DNA of 64,000 bases from Podarcis cretensis. Taxonomy: Eukaryota. Position numbers and translations under genes: made by a program. A model generated the notes under the pieces. It was not told where the DNA came from, searched no databases, and saw only the letters and a program-made list of their open reading frames with translations. The stretch lies in contig OX638154.1 of NCBI GenBank assembly GCA_951804945.1, forward strand, positions 98,518,001 through 98,582,000, written 5' to 3'. Shown in pieces: positions 61,541 through 64,000 of the stretch; positions within the stretch are counted from its first letter, which is position 1; every line of letters begins with the position of its first letter.

Positions 61541-62582
61541 ACTGACGAATGCATTTGAAAATGAAGGCTTAGATTGCCAAGCAGACAAAAATTACATGAA
61601 AAAGCTTGTGGGATGTTTACAATGCAATTTGTTTTTGTTTTATCATGTATTTTGAATTCTCATTTAGTATTTTTATCTTGTGAACCATTCAGTTCAGTAT
61701 GGCACAGGTGTGCATACCTGTGCTACATCTGAGCAGGTAGTCCTGCACCAGTGGGCTAATTCAAGCAGATGCAGGCTGGGTTTTGCTTTCTGGTTGAGAT
61801 TTTTAACATTTTACATCATACATTTTGCAGATGGCCTCACGCCAAGCTACGTAATTGCTTACCCTGAACCCTGCTGGGGAAAGCAACCTATGTCTAATCC
61901 ATGCACCAGTTATGTAGTATCACAGCAAGCAGTATTAGAAACTCAGATATATAAGCTAGGGGCCAAATGGCTCCTTAAGCCAAGGTTACAGTTGCCAAAA
62001 TGGAATGTCTAATTGCCATTTTTGAGCAAGACGGCTATAAAGTCTTATTTTTCAAATGATGCTCCCAAGACAGTGATAATCTGTAACCGTTCTCAGTGAA
62101 AGTGCATTCCTGCTACAGAGATTTTATGGTGCAAGGAAATCTAGGCCATATTGCACCACACACGAAATTATGTTATGAGCAGTCATATCAAAGTTTTTCT
62201 GTGTTTCTATCATCAATGAGGCCCCATCAAAGATGACAGCCAGTTAATTGCTTTGAAAAATATGAAGAAAGTGCACAAATTAATGTCTTTACTCAAAAAC
62301 AAAGTTAAGACACACATGATGCAAGATAGATTCATGGACTGAACTTCAGCCTGTATATAGAGGATTCCAATTTGGAATGCTTCCACATATTATTTAAAAA
62401 AAAACCAACAAACCAAAAACTTTACTTATCAAGAAGCAAGGTTCTAGGACCAACTCTTTCCCTGTTTTGGTGATTTTCTAACTGCAGGGACAGTTCAGGA
62501 AAAAATGCCGAGGAGTGCTCAGAAGTGGTATAGATTCCTTTGTTTGTGTAGACCAGGCCTTAGAGGCAAATGGACCACTTAC

Positions 62583-63156
62583 CTCTTGAAAGTTATGTTG
62601 GGTGAATTTGTCAGCAATTCTCAGAAGTTCTCTGCAGGAGTGAGTATCAGCAAATGCTCGGATGCCAAGGCAATTGGAAGGATCCAACTGTCTCTTCAGG
62701 AACTCACAGCAGGCCTCTTGGATCTCAGCTAGCTGGAGGAGGCAGGCAGCTGGCAATAACGTCTGCACGTTGCCCTCTTCCACCGTGATTTGGGATGTGT
62801 ACGCAAAGTCAATCAGAAGCTCCATGGCCCTCTCATCAATATCTCTTATTACCACCTCCGTTTGCCGGCTCTCTGCAAGCTCCCCTGTGAACATTGCTCG
62901 GAAGTAAGGGCTGCAAGCTGAGAGGATCACCCGGTGGGCATAGATCTTCTTGGCCCCCACAACCAACACCACATCGCACAGCTCCCGGTGCTTCCGCAAC
63001 AGGTTTATGACCTCCAGGGTTTGCCGGGGGTGCTTGTCTGAGATGTAAGGCATGCGAGCAGGCTGTGGCACTCCTTCCGGGAGCTTGTTGGGATCTCCGA
63101 GAGTGCAGCGGCTCGTTACATCCATTCCTGTTTCGCCTGCTCGATTACTGGCACAC
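62583..63156 (-). CDS. KLHL20: KLHL20 BTB/POZ exon
   Basis: 574 nt, [28 protein letters not shown]. Confidence 0.97.
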
Positions 63157-63498
63157 CTGGAAAAGGAAAACACCAGTGATACTAATGGGCAATTTGGGGG
63201 GCACAGAGGGGTGGGCAGGGAAAGAGAAGAAAAGTCCTGTTCCGCGCATGTGCGGAAGCGACAAAACGCCTGTTACGTTCTACTCAGGATGCGAACGGGA
63301 CTGTGGAACGGATCCCGTTCGCATCCAGAGGTACCACTGTAGTTAATGCAACTCTTAGCTTCACCACCACCAGCTGAGTTTTGCAATTTGAAATTTGTTA
63401 ACAGCAAGTATTGCCAAGCACTGACTCAGCTCAGACCACACACCAAAACCTAGTTATTTGTGCTAACTATGGTGTGCTGTGAAATCTGAATTAATGAA

Positions 63499-63715
63499 TA
63501 CAGTGGTACCTCCACTTACGTGCCCCTCTTGTTACGTATCCTTCAAGGTACGCACACGGCAAACCCGGAAGTATATTTCTGGGTTTCGTCGCATGTGCAG
63601 TAGTGCTCTGTCGTGCTGTATGTGTGCGCAGAACAGGCACCTCCGTTTGCGGAAACCTCGAGATCCGACTGGACCTCCGGAACGGATCCTGTCCGCAACC
63701 GGAGGTACCATTGTA
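63499..63715. mobile_element. Tc1/mariner-type MITE (a half copy also lies at ~63240-63341)
   Basis: TA-CAGTGGTACCTCC...GGAGGTACCATTG-TA. Confidence 0.85.
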
Positions 63716-63927
63716 GTTATAATTATCACTCCCATCTCAAGAGGCAATTGCACCACAGAAACAGGTGTACTGAGCAGAAAGAAAATGAGAAGAAAGTCTA
63801 AATCATTCTTGTCTCTGCGTATGTATAACTTAAACATGGTTTGTGTTCTACTCTGTGATTAGTATAAACCATGATTTGGTTTAATGTCTGAATTTAACCT
63901 ACGATAATTTCTCTTTCTGCATCTTAC

Positions 63928-63950
63928 CTGCGCATTGGCTTTCCGTCCAT
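63928..63950 (-). CDS. KLHL20: Kelch-like protein 20, first coding exon (MDGKPMR)
   Basis: ATG at 63950, 23 nt to an AG|GTAAG donor. Probable exon acceptor near 63994. Confidence 0.9.
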
Positions 63951-64000
63951 GCACTGCAAAGAGAAGTCTTCAACCTATACTTCTGTGCCAGTGCTAGAGA

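Noticed and set aside
63157-63173. ORF-track start MFSFSR for KLHL20
   Set aside because: This is the intron polypyrimidine tract. The supported ATG is at 63950 in the upstream exon.

Overview
This is vertebrate genomic DNA from a squamate, most likely a lacertid lizard, judging from the Sauria-type and Squam3-like SINEs. It holds the conserved block DARS2 (minus strand, 17 coding exons, about 651 aa), CENPL (plus strand, 5 coding exons, about 353 aa) and KLHL20 (minus strand, 11 coding exons, 609 aa). DARS2 and CENPL are head-to-head across a CpG-island promoter. I placed all exons by hand from GT/AG sites and phase continuity. Between the convergent 3' ends of CENPL and KLHL20 is a full-length, young L1-clade LINE (36718-42678, 16-bp TSD) nested in an old CR1. 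Both L1 ORFs are open and in the same frame, separated by one TAA, but ORF2 appears to have a short in-frame deletion next to an RT catalytic Asp. The rest is dense with repeats: L2, CR1 and L1 fragments, SINEs, and hAT and Tc1/mariner MITEs, several of them nested. The most notable unexplained signals are an 88-bp TSD-flanked insert carrying a Penelope-type minimal hammerhead ribozyme core and a HAL1-like element with an unrecognised ORF joined to an L1-type 3' end. Also notable are inverted SINE pairs around KLHL20 exons 6-7 and a relocated CENPL start codon. I see no prokaryotic-type system such as CRISPR. Family names and comparisons to human genes are from recall, not from database searches.
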